Of a stretch of DNA of 61,952 nucleotides, positions 26,041-39,545 are shown piece by piece (position 1 is the stretch's first letter; each line of letters starts with the position of its first letter). The notes beneath the pieces were generated by a model. It searched no databases, was not told the DNA's origin, and saw nothing but the letters and a program-made list of their open reading frames with translations. The DNA lies in assembly GCF_001194135.2 (NCBI RefSeq), contig NC_068998.1, forward strand, positions 45,600,093 to 45,662,044, in the 5' to 3' direction. The stretch is from Octopus bimaculoides. Its lineage: Eukaryota. The position numbers were made by a program, and so were the translations under genes.

Positions 26041-26251
26041 AGTAGCTCTTGAAATACGCACTACACCCATTACACCCATTACCTATTTTTTCTGTCTTAA
26101 ATAGGTAATAGGTAAAGTGGTTGCCGTTACAAAGGGCATCCAGCCATAGAAACCAAGCCAAAATCAGACTGGAGCTTTGTACAACTCTGTGGCTTGCCAG
26201 TTCCAGTCACACAATCGAACCCATCCCAGCATGGTTGTTGTTGTTGTTGTT

Positions 26252-26548
26252 GTTATTGGCACTCCATCGCTTACGACGTCGAGGGTTCCAGTTGATCTGA
26301 TCAACAGAACAGCCCGCTCATGAAATTAACATGCAAGTGGCTGAGCACTCCACAGACACGTGTACCCTTAACGTAGTTCTTGGGGATATTCAGCGTGACA
26401 CAGTGTGACAAGGCTGACCCTTTGAATCACAGGCACAACAGAAACAGGAAGTAAGAGTGAGAGAAAGTTGTGGTGAAAGAGTACAGCAGGGTTCGCCACC
26501 ATCCCCTGCTGGAGCATTGTGGAGCTTTAGGTATTTTCGCTCAATAAA
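26252..26548 (-). mobile_element. tRNA-derived SINE family D, truncated by a gap
   Basis: ttggcactccatcgcttacgacgtcgagggttccagttgatc ... tcgctcaataaa; near-identical to 35434-35825. Confidence 0.85.
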
Positions 26549-27644
26549 NNNNNNNNNNNNNNNNNNNNNNNNNNNNNNNNNNNNNNNNNNNNNNNNNNNN
26601 NNNNNNNNNNNNNNNNNNNNNNNNNNNNNNNNNNNNNNNNNNNNNNNNNNNNNNNNNNNNNNNNNNNNNNNNNNNNNNNNNNNNNNNNNNNNNNNNNNNN
26701 NNNNNNNNNNNNNNNNNNNNNNNNNNNNNNNNNNNNNNNNNNNNNNNNNNNNNNNNNNNNNNNNNNNNNNNNNNNNNNNNNNNNNNNNNNNNNNNNNNNN
26801 NNNNNNNNNNNNNNNNNNNNNNNNNNNNNNNNNNNNNNNNNNNNNNNNNNNNNNNNNNNNNNNNNNNNNNNNNNNNNNNNNNNNNNNNNNNNNNNNNNNN
26901 NNNNNNNNNNNNNNNNNNNNNNNNNNNNNNNNNNNNNNNNNNNNNNNNNNNNNNNNNNNNNNNNNNNNNNNNNNNNNNNNNNNNNNNNNNNNNNNNNNNN
27001 NNNNNNNNNNNNNNNNNNNNNNNNNNNNNNNNNNNNNNNNNNNNNNNNNNNNNNNNNNNNNNNNNNNNNNNNNNNNNNNNNNNNNNNNNNNNNNNNNNNN
27101 NNNNNNNNNNNNNNNNNNNNNNNNNNNNNNNNNNNNNNNNNNNNNNNNNNNNNNNNNNNNNNNNNNNNNNNNNNNNNNNNNNNNNNNNNNNNNNNNNNNN
27201 NNNNNNNNNNNNNNNNNNNNNNNNNNNNNNNNNNNNNNNNNNNNNNNNNNNNNNNNNNNNNNNNNNNNNNNNNNNNNNNNNNNNNNNNNNNNNNNNNNNN
27301 NNNNNNNNNNNNNNNNNNNNNNNNNNNNNNNNNNNNNNNNNNNNNNNNNNNNNNNNNNNNNNNNNNNNNNNNNNNNNNNCGGCGGCGGCAGTGGCGGTGG
27401 TGGTGGTGGTGATGGTGGTGGTGGTGGTGCTGGGGGGAAACAGAGCAAGTTATCTTCAGAGCTGATGCTTTATCCTAATAAACAGAATTCACTAATAGAA
27501 TCCAAGCAGCAGGTGGTAGTGCTGAATGGGGTAACATGTTAACCCTTTTGATATCAACCCACCTGAGACCATCCCAATGCTCTTTGATACAAACTTCCTG
27601 TTTAAAACAATCTAAATTAAAGCTGGTCATCAAAATTAGGTGCG

Positions 27645-27960
27645 ATCGTGACTGTGTGGTAAGAAGCTTTCTTCCCAGCCACATGATTCTGGGTTCAATC
27701 CCACTGCATGGAACCTTGGGTAAGTGTCTTCTGCTATAGCCCCCACCTAAAGCCTTGTGAGTGGATTTGATAGATGGAAACTGAATGAAGCCCCATCATA
27801 TATATATGTATGTGTTTATGTGCGTGTATCTGTGTTTGTTCCCCTGCCATCGTTTGACAACCGATGATGGTGTGTTTATGTCCTCGTAACTAAGTGATTC
27901 AGCAAAAGAGTTTGATAGAATAAGTACTAGGCTTACAAAGAATAAGTCCTGGTGTTGATT
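27645..27960 (+). mobile_element. SINE family B, near full length
   Basis: Head gtgtggtaagaagctttcttcccagccacatg, CORE-like ccttgggtaagtgtcttc, internal microsatellite, 3' half to gaataagtcctgg. Confidence 0.85.
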
Positions 27961-27965
27961 TCTTT

Positions 27966-28045
27966 GCCCAAGATGCCATGCAGTGGAACTGAACACTGAA
28001 CCATGTGGTTGTGAAGCAAACTTCTTGCCACACAGCCATGTCTGT
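27966..28045 (-). mobile_element. SINE family B head, inverted relative to the adjacent copy
   Basis: cccaagatgccatgcagtggaactgaacactgaaccatgtggttgtgaagcaaacttcttgccacacagccatg. Confidence 0.8.
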
Positions 28046-28127
28046 GCCAATGTCAATGTTATTTTAGTAAATTCTTTATTATTTTCAAAATTAAATGACT
28101 AAAAAGCAACATATTTCTACAAAAATA

Positions 28128-28570
28128 CAGGTCATTGTCGACTTAAGACCTATTCGACTTTACAATGATCGGTGCACCTGTTCCTGGCAGCAATAATGAA
28201 TATTCCAGTTGAAATCTAATGGGTTTAATTTCTTAGAAATTAACCCATCTTCGGATGATGTCAGCCAACAAACACTTCCCCTAGATTTGGGTATGTCTCC
28301 ACTGTGTCGGATGACTATTCTGTCTCGGAGACGTTGAGGCAACCTCGTATTTGTTTATAAGGCATCTGCTTGAGACTCCAACATTTTTTACTAACACCAG
28401 TATAATAGTATAATACAGAATGCTGTGTGTGACTTTTATCTGAGAATGTACCTTAAGAATGTAAAAATATAAAACAAAGCTATGTATAGACCTATAGGCC
28501 GACTTACGTCCAAATCAACTTACGATCAGTCAGTCAGAACCAATTGTGGTCGTAAGTCGACGACGACCTG
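28128..28570. mobile_element. pogo/Tigger-like non-autonomous DNA transposon
   Basis: TA TSD on both sides; 23-bp TIRs caggtcattgtcgacttaagacc and ggtcgtaagtcgacgacgacctg (3 mismatches). Confidence 0.85.
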
Positions 28571-29119
28571 TACAGTAATGAAAAGGTTAAGCATACAAAC
28601 AGAAAAAAATATACAGTTCATCCATTGGGGCCCCATATAGTTTGCAGCTTGGGCCAACATGAAGTTGTGATAAAATGCACTTACACAAAGAGCCATGCTG
28701 TGGAATCAGAACCAGAACAATAAGAACAATGGATATAATTATGATTGTATACGAAGTGCTGTTGTTTAGCTGGTGAGCATGAGTTTAACCCCTGAGTTAG
28801 TCTGTGATGTATTTTCTGGTTGAAGTATAATGAACCATCGGCATTGCAGGTATTAGAGTCTCTAATAAGAGGAAAAGTAGGTAGGCAGGCAGGTAGGTAG
28901 GTAGGTAGGTAGGTAGGTAGGTGGGTGGGTAGGTGGATGGATGGATGGATGGATGCGTAGTTAAAGAAATAGAATAAGATAGATGGATGATCGGTTAGAA
29001 AGATGAATATATAGAAGGGTTCAATAGATATGAATACACACACACACACACACATATATGTCTGTGTGAGTATGAGTGTGTGTGTGAATGTATATGTTAT
29101 ATGTGCATGTATTCATGTT

Positions 29120-29154
<35 letters not shown>

Positions 29155-29299
29155 NNNNNNNNNNNNNNNNNNNNNNNNNNNNNNNNNNNNNNNNNNNNNN
29201 NNNNNNNNNNNNNNNNNNNNNNNNNNNNNNNNNNNNNNNNNNNNNNNNNNNNNNNNNNNNNNNNNNNNNNNNNNNNNNNNNNNNNNNNNNNNNNNNATT

Positions 29300-29344
<45 letters not shown>

Positions 29345-30009
29345 GTATGTATGTATATATCCATGCATATGCATGTGTGCATGTGGTATATATTTAGTAA
29401 ACTATTAAATAGTTTTGTCATCATCTCCCAAACAACAAACACAGCAGACAACAACAACAACAACAACACAAACAAAGCAAACAGTGAAATCGTAAACTAA
29501 AACAACAATAACATCATCAACGAGGTGTGTACCTATGGACGTGTGAGAGTCTGACATTATACATTGTCTATATTTAGTTGACCACCACTGCTGAGGATTG
29601 TCTTCCTTAAAGAAGCACGCTGTGACTCACCCGCAGAGTTTGCTTGTAAAAATATTTGCAATCTGTCTGTGTTCATGTGTGTGTGTATCTGTATGCGTGT
29701 GTGTGTGTGTGTGAGTGTGTGTGTGTGTGTGTGTGAGTGTGTAAGTGAGTATGTGAATCTCATAAAAGTGAGGGTGTAATTCTTATTACAAGTTGTGTTT
29801 ATGTTTTTTTAATGTCTTGCATCTTCCTCTTTGTGTCTCTCAATATATATTCGCTACAAACACACACACACACACACACAGACACACACACACACACACA
29901 CAAACACTTAGATATATAAAATAATGATATATGCACGTGCATGTACACACACACACACATATATATACATATACATATATACATATATATATATGTGTGT
30001 GTGTGCGTG

Positions 30010-30041
<32 letters not shown>

Positions 30042-30058
30042 CGTGTGTGTGTGTATGC

Positions 30059-30093
<35 letters not shown>

Positions 30094-30724
30094 TATATGT
30101 ACGTATATATATTTATGCATGTATAGTATTGTTTGTTTTACCTATCTTACGTTTTAACAGGTGGCTATATACATGTAATTGTATCTATCTATCTATCTAT
30201 CTATCTATTTATATATATATACATAATATGTATATATATATACACACACACATATATATGTATTACATCATATATATATATGTATATATATATATATTAT
30301 ATATATAGTACCTCAGAATATAAGGTGTTAAATATATACAATACTTGTGTGTGTTCACAGATTAATTAAGTCTATAGTGTTCCTCTTCAAGTTAATTGTC
30401 TTTCATGTATTTTATGCATGTATTTTTTTCTCATTTGTTTATAAGATTTTTTTCATTGTTTTATTGTATTACACATGTTTATGGCTTCAAAGCTTGTTGT
30501 TAATTTCAGGAAAGGATAAAAGTAGCATATTTTATAATCTTTATGTGAATGACAGAAGGGGAAAAAATTGTTACCTGTATCAAATACTGAATATGTAGAA
30601 TTTAGGTTATTGTCTACATATAATGAACAATCTTGGTTTTCAAACAGAATTATTCAAAGTAAAGCTGACATGTTCCTGACATTGGGTAAAAGAAGATACC
30701 GGTGGATCAGTTAATTATGATTTT

Positions 30725-31135
30725 ATTTAACATATTTGGGTGTTGGGCCTCATGGAGGCAAAGTGGTTGAGTTCTTTTCAAGTGTTGGGCCTCACGGAGG
30801 CAATGACCGAAACCTTTGGCATTATGTCCTGCTTGAGAAGAAGACCCATCAAGCCAAGCAAAATCACAGTCATGGCTGATACTGGTATCACATAAACTGG
30901 CACCCATGCCAGTGGCATGTAAAAGCACCCCGGTGTCACGTAAATGGCACCTGTGCTGGTGGCACGTAAAAGTACCCATTACACTCTTGGAAGGGTTGCC
31001 ATTAGGAAGGGCATCTAGCTGTAGAAAACCATGTCAAATCAGACAGGAGTCTGGTGCAGCCTTCCAGCATGCCAACACGATCAAACCATCCAACCCATGC
31101 CAGCATGGACAACAGACGTTAAATGAAGATTATGA
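30725..31135 (+). mobile_element. Family C retroposon
   Basis: Repeated gtgttgggcctca(t/c)ggaggcaa and ggcacgtaaa units, then ccattaggaagggcatctagctgtagaaa ... cagacgttaaatgaagat. Confidence 0.8.
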
Positions 31136-31265
31136 TACGAGTCTGGCTGCATGGAAACAAGTGTATGTTATGTGGAGCTGTGTTGCAAACTGTATCTTTT
31201 CTCAGCATTATTCGAAAGGTCATTTGTTTTTAGGGCTGTTTTAACCTTTTGGTTGTGTCTTGCAG

Positions 31266-31303
31266 CCGTGTGAGCAGCTGTTATCTTATTTAGCCAAGGC
31301 ATG
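31266..31303 (+). other. Possible 38-nt exon (PCEQLLSYLAKA-)
   Basis: ggttgtgtcttgcag acceptor and atg|gtgaat donor; only phase 0 is open. Too short to be persuasive alone. Confidence 0.2.
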
Positions 31304-32198
31304 GTGAATTTTGTGTGTCATATATACGACTCTGGTATATGGTTCAGTCTTTCTTATCAAAATATGGTTAAAAACTGCCCTAAAATTCAGATGTGGCTTT
31401 CACCTTTCATAACTATCATTTTGACTGCCGTATGACATATCTATTGACCATAAGCTCTGAGGAGACTTTCTCATGCAGCTGTTACAAGACTTTAACACAC
31501 GGACAAAACAAGAAAACTGACCATCCTCCATCAATCAGTCTCTGCATTAACTGATACAAGTTGCATTGTCTCTATAAAAACAAACAATTTTTAGTACAAA
31601 AGCCAAAAAAAGATAAAGTTTGCAACACAGCTTCACATAAGCACATAAAATGCACTTTTGAAAATCAGCAAATATGAAACTGGTTAAGTGTGTGTGTGTG
31701 TGTATGTATATGTATACATGTAAATGTATCTATTTATATGAGAAAGGAGATGGCAAAGAATAACCAAACTTCATAAGATAATCAGTTATTCTTTCATCGT
31801 CTGTTTTCTTATTACAGCTCTGTACCTGACTAACGCTTCGTTCAGAAGCAGTTGTATATTCAGTTCTATACCAGGTTATTAGTCCCACAATGCCTAAGCA
31901 AAATATTAAAACACACACACACACTTATGTACAGACATAGAGAGACAGACAGATAGGTAGATATTAGAATTTAAATATTATCTTTATATAGTCTCAGTGC
32001 ATGTTCAACTTCATTTATGGTTTCCCTACAACTGCTACTAGTCTGGATTACTAACAATTCACATACATGCAAAGATAGATAGATAGATAGATACATACAT
32101 ACATACATACATACATACATGCATACGTACATATATGTACGTATATGGATGTACCATCATCGTCGTCATCATTTAACATCTGCTTTTAATGATGTTGA

Positions 32199-32261
<63 letters not shown>

Positions 32262-32264
32262 GGT

Positions 32265-32540
32265 ACAGGCATGGCTGTGTGGTAAGAAACTTGCTTCCCA
32301 ACCACATGGTTTGGGATTCAGACCACTGTGTGGCATTTTGAGCAAGTGGCTTCTACTATAACCTCGGGTCAACCAAAGCCTTGTGAGTGGATTTGGTAGA
32401 TAGAAACTCAAAGTATGTATATATAATTTGTGTGTTTGTGTCTGTGTTTGTCGCCCCACCAGCACTTGACAACCAATGTTGGTGTGTTTACATTCCTGTA
32501 CCTTAGCCATTTGGCAAAAGAGACCAATAGAATAAGTACT
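32265..32540 (+). mobile_element. SINE family B, truncated by a gap
   Basis: ggcatggctgtgtggtaagaaacttgcttcccaaccacatgg ... gagaccaatagaataagtact. Confidence 0.85.
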
Positions 32541-32678
32541 NNNNNNNNNNNNNNNNNNNNNNNNNNNNNNNNNNNNNNNNNNNNNNNNNNNNNNNNNNNN
32601 NNNNNNNNNNNNNNNNNNNNNNNNNNNNNNNNNNNNNNNNNNNNNNNNNNNNNNNNNNNNNNNNNNNNNNNNNNNNNN

Positions 32679-32732
<54 letters not shown>

Positions 32733-33142
32733 TGTGTGTTTGTGTGTATGTGTATGTGTGTGGTAGGGAGAGAGAGAAGAAGAAAGCCAAATGAGAAATG
32801 TGTTAAATTTAGTTTTGTTCATTAAACAGAAAGAATTACAAGTTTAGTGCTAATTAAGTCACTATGCCATGTGCTAATGAGCTTACCTAATTAAACATCC
32901 TTAAACTACAAATGTAAACATGCTAATGTAGAAGCCTCTACATAGTCAAGCGGTTTTCTAGAAAAAGCAGCCAGCTCTCCCTCAAATCCCATTGTACTGT
33001 CTTAAAGTAGGAAGGTCACATTGGATAATATAGTCCTTCATATACTTAGCCCTAGGAAAAAGATGGGGTGGTCAAAGCTGGAATGTTTCTGATTATATGT
33101 CTACTAAATCAGTGCTGACCTCAGGTTAAAATGCATCAAATA

Positions 33143-33266
33143 ATGAGGGGGTACCCAACAGAAACCGAAATTTTGCAATATTATTTTATTCACTTGCTTT
33201 TCCATGTTTACACATTTCTTGTCTTCAAAGTATTTTCCATTTGAAGCAATGCATTGATCAAGATGC
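33143..33266 (-). mobile_element. mariner 3' end relic
   Basis: Minus frame HLDQCIASNGKYFE resembles the mariner C-terminal W-x-KC-I-x-x-x-G-x-YFE; TIR-like tgagggggtacccaa at about 33143. Confidence 0.65.
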
Positions 33267-33914
33267 NNNNNNNNNNNNNNNNNNNNNNNNNNNNNNNNNN
33301 NNNNNNNNNNNNNNNNNNNNNNNNNNNNNNNNNNNNNNNNNNNNNNNNNNNNNNNNNNNNNNNNNNNNNNNNNNNNNNNNNNNNNNNNNNNNNNNNNNNN
33401 NNNNNNNNNNNNNNNNNNNNNNNNNNNNNNNNNNNNNNNNNNNNNNNNNNNNNNNNNNNNNNNNNNNNNNNNNNNNNNNNNNNNNNNNNNNNNNNNNNNN
33501 NNNNNNNNNNNNNNNNNNNNNNNNNNNNNNNNNNNNNNNNNNNNNNNNNNNNNNNNNNNNNNNNNNNNNNNNNNNNNNNNNNNNNNNNNNNNNNNNNNNN
33601 NNNNNNNNNNNNNNNNNNNNNNNNNNNNNNNNNNNNNNNNNNNNNNNNNNNNNNNNNNNNNNNNNNNNNNNNNNNNNNNNNNNNNNNNNNNNNNNNNNNN
33701 NNNNNNNNNNNNNNNNNNNNNNNNNNNNNNNNNNNNNNNNNNNNNNNNNNNNNNNNNNNNNNNNNNNNNNNNNNNNNNNNNNNNNNNNNNNNNNNNNNNN
33801 NNNNNNNNNNNNNNNNNNNNNNNNNNNNNNNNNNNNNNNNNNNNNNNNNNNNNNNNNNNNNNNNNNNNNNNNNNNNNNNNNNNNNNNNNNNNNNNNNNNN
33901 NNNNNNNNNNNNNN

Positions 33915-34070
33915 AGTACAGCAGGGTTCGCCACCATCCCCTGCCGGAGCCTCGTGGAGCTTTAGGTGTTTTCGCTCAATAAACACTCACAGCGCCCGGT
34001 CTGGGAATCGAAACCACGATCCTATGACCGCGAGTCCGCTGCCCTAACCACTGGGCCATTGTGCCTCCAC
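33915..34070 (-). mobile_element. SINE family D, 5' part
   Basis: Reverse complement gtggaggcacaatggcccagtggttagggcagcggactcgcggtcataggatcgtggtttcgattccc: A-box- and B-box-like motifs in a tRNA-like head. Confidence 0.85.
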
Positions 34071-34933
34071 TCAAGGTTTCTCATACACAGGCACATTGTG
34101 ATGAAACCACCACTCTCCACTTTGCCACAGGTCGAGGCATTTTTATTTCACTGCATTTCGCAAATGCTTCAGAACTGCCAAGTAAAATGTCTGGTTAACA
34201 GTTTGACCAGGAGGAACAAATTCTGTGCGGACAATTCCTTTCGCATCGATAAAAAACAAATTAACATTGTCTTGAAACAGGACTTCACTTAATGTTCTTT
34301 TTTGGGGGCATGGTGACATTGAATGCTTCTATTGACATGATTGCTGCTTCGTTTCCAGGTAGTAGCCATAGCACCAGCTTTAATCACCAATGCTGACCTT
34401 TAAAAAATGGTCCAGGTCAACTTCCAGCTATTCTTTCAGTTCACAGCACGCATACTGTCGTGACTGCTTTTGATCTTCGATAAGCCAGCAAGGCACAAAT
34501 TTTTTACAACTCTTTTCATTTGCAATTCCTCGCTCAAAATTCACTGCCAGGGGCTCCAGGACATACCAGTCATCTCAACAAGTTCGGCAATTATTTGGCA
34601 ACTGTGTTTAATGAAATACCTGGTGGCTTTTGTTTCAGCCCTTTGTTTTTGGGTGACATATTTAAAAACCATCAGGCTTTAAAAAAAAATAAAATAAAAG
34701 GTGTGGCTTATAGGCAAAAGTATCTTTTCCAGACAAGTTGTATGGTGTCCTTCATATTTTTAAGAGAGTAAAGTCTTATTCAATGAAGATTTAACTGCTA
34801 TTTCTTGTAAGTGAAGATTGTTGCTGGTGATGGTGTCAATGTTATTATATCCTTTATATTAAAATCTTAGCTGTTATTGTATAACATAAATTTACATATA
34901 TTTACACAAAACTCACATACACGAAACATATGG

Positions 34934-34988
<55 letters not shown>

Positions 34989-35329
34989 TATGTATATATG
35001 TAAATTCTGCCTGAAGCAGGGATATATCTATTTAAAGCATACAAGACAAGATAGTGACAGTGAAATATGAAGCCATAAACAAACTCTATGTAATCATTCA
35101 TTGAGGCTGTGAGTTGCTGTGTCTAGAATTACAGAGAATTAACGCAGAGATTTCTCTTATCTCTTGCATTTAGCAGCTTTCAAGCTTTACATTGAATACT
35201 CTTCTATGCTCTCTAGAATCTTGGATGTACAACAGCTTGGCTTGTCTTGACTTGTCTCGACTTGGCGGCTTGGCATGGTTTGGTTTAACTAGGCTTGGCT
35301 TGTCTTTCCTTGTTTTGGAAGTCATTGTG

Positions 35330-36125
35330 GTGACCGATGACAGTGCCGCCTGATTGGCACCCATGCCAGTGGTATGTAAAAAGCACCATTTGAGTGTGGT
35401 CGATGCTAGTGCTGCCTGACTGGCTCCCATACTGTTTTTTTGTTGGCACTCCGTCGCTTATGATGTCGAGGGTTCCAGTTGATCCGATCAATGGAACAGC
35501 CTGCTCGTGATATTAACGTGCAAGTGGCTGAGCACTCCACAGACATGTGTACCCTTAACGTAGTTCTCGGGGATAATCAGCGTGACACAGTGTGTGACAA
35601 GGCTGACTCTTTGAATTACAGGCACAACAGAAACAGGAAGTAAGAGTGAGAGAAAGTTGTGGTGAAAGAGTACAGCAGGGTTCGCCACCATCCCCTGCCG
35701 GAGCCTCGTGGAGCTTCAGGTGTTTTCGCTCAATAAACACTCACAACGTCCGGTCTGGGAATCGAAACCGCGATCCTATGACTGCGAGTCCACTGCCCTA
35801 ACCACTGGGCCATTGTGCCCCCACAGCTCCCATACTAGTGGTATGTAAAAAGCACCATTCGAGCATGGTCGTTGCCAGTGCTGCCTGACTAACTCCTGTG
35901 CTGGTGGCACATAAAAAGCACTGTTCAAGCAGGGTCGATATCAGTACTGCCTAACTGGCCCTTGTGCCAGTGGCTTGTAAAATGCATCCACTACACTCTC
36001 AGAGTGGTTGGCGTTAGGAAGGGCATCCAGCTGTAGATACATTGCCAGATTGGATTGGAGCCTGGTGCAGCCTTCAAGCTTGCCAGCCCTCAGTCAAACC
36101 ATCTCAGTTAAATGATGATGATGAT
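35330..36125 (+). mobile_element. Family C retroposon (host of the family D insertion)
   Basis: 5' subrepeats on both sides of the insertion, then gtggttggcgttaggaagggcatccagctgtag ... gttaaatgatgatgat. Confidence 0.8.
35434..35825 (-). mobile_element. SINE family D, full length, with an 11-bp TSD, inserted into a family C element
   Basis: TSD gctcccatact at 35423-35433 and 35826-35836; tRNA-like head with Pol III boxes and CORE-like gtgtttattgagcgaaaacacc. Confidence 0.9.
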
Positions 36126-36169
36126 GATGATGATAATCATGATGTTGATAATGATGATGATGATGATAT

Positions 36170-36208
<39 letters not shown>

Positions 36209-36708
36209 TAGATGTACATTAAGATATGTGCACCCATTTATATACACACATATGTATATATGTGTGCATATACGCATAAGGGAGAAAGCAAGAGAGAGGG
36301 AAAAGAGATTTTTTCATATAAAATATTATTGGTCAGAAATTACTGTCATATATCTTCATTTGTACTTTATTCTTATATTTTTTTAATGTTTTATTCATGC
36401 ATTATTTTTATTATTTTCTTTTCAACCGGAATGGAAAAGAAATTTTTACTTGCTCGTCTTGAAAGCCATCACGTAATTTACCTGGTGCAAACATAAAATT
36501 TCTGTCATCTGTCATAACTCTTGCTAATGATGCTTTTAACTTTAAAGTCTTGTACAAAGTTATTTCATTAATTGAATCAGGTGTAAAAAAAAGAAACAAA
36601 AGCAAAAAAAAAAAAGTGACAAAAATTCATTTTTCAATTTATTTTTTTCTGTTTTGTAAATGAATGTCAAAAAATATTGTTTTTGAGTTAGTTAATTATT
36701 TTTATTAC

Positions 36709-36756
<48 letters not shown>

Positions 36757-36949
36757 GTATGTATGTATGCATGCATGCATGCATGTATGTATGTATGTAT
36801 GTATGTATGTATATAGATAGATAAAAAGATAAGTACATATATACATGCATACATATGTGTGTGTGTGTGTGTGTGTATTTATATATATAAATATATATAT
36901 GTATATATTTATATATATATGTATGTATATGTGAGTGTGTGTGTATGTA

Positions 36950-36981
<32 letters not shown>

Positions 36982-37118
36982 GCTCCTTAAAGCTATCATA
37001 ACTGCGTTCCACCAATGCTACTACTGGTGATATCATCAAATTTTGAATTTATCCACAGATGATATGAACAGTAGTGACATCTAACTTCAAATCTCAGTGT
37101 TTGAATATTTCATTTAAA

Positions 37119-37149
<31 letters not shown>

Positions 37150-38048
37150 ATATTATATATATTATGTATATATTATATATGGTCATTATATGTATATATA
37201 TATATATATCGCTCCATATATATATTTCTCCATCACTCCCCACCCCCCTGTAAATGTGAATAAACATGTAGCCCCTCTACAGCAAGAAACCTGCCCTGCT
37301 CTGGCCTTTTTCTCACATATTTTAACCTTCATGCCACTTAGCATAGAGCAAACCAACTTACCTTTTGGGTATGTAGTCTTGACACATTCATTCTGCTTCT
37401 CCCATCATATTCTCTCCTTTCTCTCGTCCTCTTACCCTGTTCCTTCTCTTTCATCACTCCCTCTTCTATTCACCCTTATAGTTATATTCCCATGAATGAA
37501 CAGAGACGGTGTGATTGAGTGAACACTCTTTAATGTTGCTGGGGATAAGGTTACCTCACTTGTGTTGGTGTCACAGTAAAATGCATCTATTACATTCCAT
37601 TAAGTAGTTGGTAGTAGGAAAAGAAACGAGGAAGTGCATCCAGCCATAGAAACGATATCAAAATTGGAATATACAAGTGTAATGAGGCCCCTGAAATGTC
37701 TAGGAAAGTATTAACTCCAAATAGAAACTAACTTGGAATGTGATGATATACCTACGTCATGTCAGCATGGAAGCTATGTGGCCAAGAATTTACAGTCTCG
37801 GGATCATGATCAGAAGATTGTTAGTTCAATTCTTGAACCAGCAGTACAGTTACCCTTGGTCCTGTCTTTTCAACTGAAAATGAGGACCAGCTAAGTGCTG
37901 ATATAGGCCTCTTTTTCTCCAGGTATTATATACTCAATGTTCCACAAGGTCACACGTGGAAAAGCCAAGAGGAGGTTTCTATCTACTCATAACTACACAA
38001 ACAGCTGATATGTTTGTCTTCAGAGCAATGAGGCACATTTAGCCATCC

Positions 38049-38160
38049 TTAACCCTTTAGCATTCAGATTTCTCTATCAAATGTATTACTTATTTATTCA
38101 CATTGATTTGAATTAGTAATGCACTACCTTGTAGCTGTGGGATTTCAATGACACGATTGT
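38049..38160 (+). mobile_element. piggyBac-like MITE half, interrupted
   Basis: Aligns to the reverse complement of 44100-44214 and stops at the next element. Confidence 0.7.
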
Positions 38161-38400
38161 TTATTACCTCCACTTTAGCGAAGGCAGAGGTATTGTTTTC
38201 AGTCGTGTTTGTTTGTCCATGGACAAGATATCTCAAGAACTGTTGGATGGATTCGAATGAAACTTTCAGAGATGTTTGGCCTCATAACTGGCACAAACTA
38301 ATTAGATTTGGGGATCGATCCAGTACCAGACAAGGGTTCTAGATTATTTTTTATATTTACTTTATTTTACATGATTACAATCTTATGTTGACTTTCAAGT
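38161..38400 (+). mobile_element. Probable Helentron/DINE-1-like non-autonomous element
   Basis: Begins ttattacctcc...gaaggcagaggtattgttttcagtcgtgtttgtttgtcc, resembling the TT-start and (GTYY)n pattern of these elements. Class assignment is inference and the 3' boundary is uncertain. Confidence 0.45.
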
Positions 38401-38414
38401 CTTTCTCAATTACC

Positions 38415-39010
38415 TCAATACTAAACCACACACATCTTTGTGAACTCGTGAAAAATTATTGGAGCTTGGTTGGGAAGTGATGTCACATCCACCATATATC
38501 CCTGACTTTGTACCATCAGATTACCATTTATTTAAAAGTTGGCAAAATTCTTTCAACATTGATGATGACCTGAAATCACACTTGCTTCAGGTTTTGGTTG
38601 ATAAGAACCAGAAGTTCTATGAGCACAGAATCATGAAGTTGCCAGAAAAATGGCAGAATGTTGTCGAACAAAATAAAAAATATATAATTGATTAAATTTC
38701 ATTCTTTTTATGAAAAAAGAATGACTATTATTTCACACCAAAAAACCAAAATTACTTTCTTATTTCTTTATTGGCCACAAGGGGCTAAACATAGAGGGGA
38801 CAAACAAGGACAGACAAAGGGATTAAGTCGATTACATCGACCCCAGTGCATAACTGCTACTTAATTTTTCAACCTCGAAAGGATGAAAGGTAAAGTTGAC
38901 CTCGGCGGAATTTGAACTCAGAACATAAAGACTGACGAAATACCGCTTAGCATTTCGCCCAGCATGCTAATGTTTCTGCCAGCTCACCGCCTTTTCTGCC
39001 AACCCAGTAT
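38415..39010 (+). mobile_element. mariner (DD34D-type) transposase 3' relic with 3' TIR
   Basis: LELGWEVMSHPPYIPDFVPSDYHLFKSWQN...KFYEHRIMKLPEKWQNVVEQNKKYIID matches HPPYSPDLAPSDYHLF; the TIR aaaaaccaaaattactttc//ttctgccaacccagta is split by a SINE. Confidence 0.9.
38760..38993 (-). mobile_element. SINE family A (A2) inside the mariner 3' TIR
   Basis: Near-identical to 3198-3433. Confidence 0.9.
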
Positions 39011-39411
39011 ATATAAGCTATATATTTGAATTGAAACAGACTGGCGTCCCGTCCAGGTGGGGAACTTATANNNNNNNNNNNNNNNNNNNNNNNNNNNNNN
39101 NNNNNNNNNNNNNNNNNNNNNNNNNNNNNNNNNNNNNNNNNNNNNNNNNNNNNNNNNNNNNNNNNNNNNNNNNNNNNNNNNNNNNNNNNNNNNNNNNNNN
39201 NNNNNNNNNNNNNNNNNNNNNNNNNNNNNNNNNNNNNNNNNNNNNNNNNNNNNNNNNNNNNNNNNNNNNNNNNNNNNNNNNNNNNNNNNNNNNNNNNNNN
39301 NNNNNNNNNNNNNNNNNNNNNNNNNNNNNNNNNNNNNNNNNNNNNNNNNNNNNNNNNNNNNNNNNNNNNNNNNNNNNNNNNNNNNNNNNNNNNNNNNNNN
39401 NNNNNNNNNNN

Positions 39412-39464
<53 letters not shown>

Positions 39465-39513
39465 AAAAACTATGTATTTGAATGTGTATATATAAAAACT
39501 ATATATCTGAATG

Positions 39514-39545
<32 letters not shown>

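Noticed and set aside
33990-34070. tRNA gene calls at SINE heads (also about 35750-35823, 46650-46725, 50650-50720)
   Set aside because: The tRNA-like sequence continues into multi-copy SINE bodies and I could not form a full cloverleaf.
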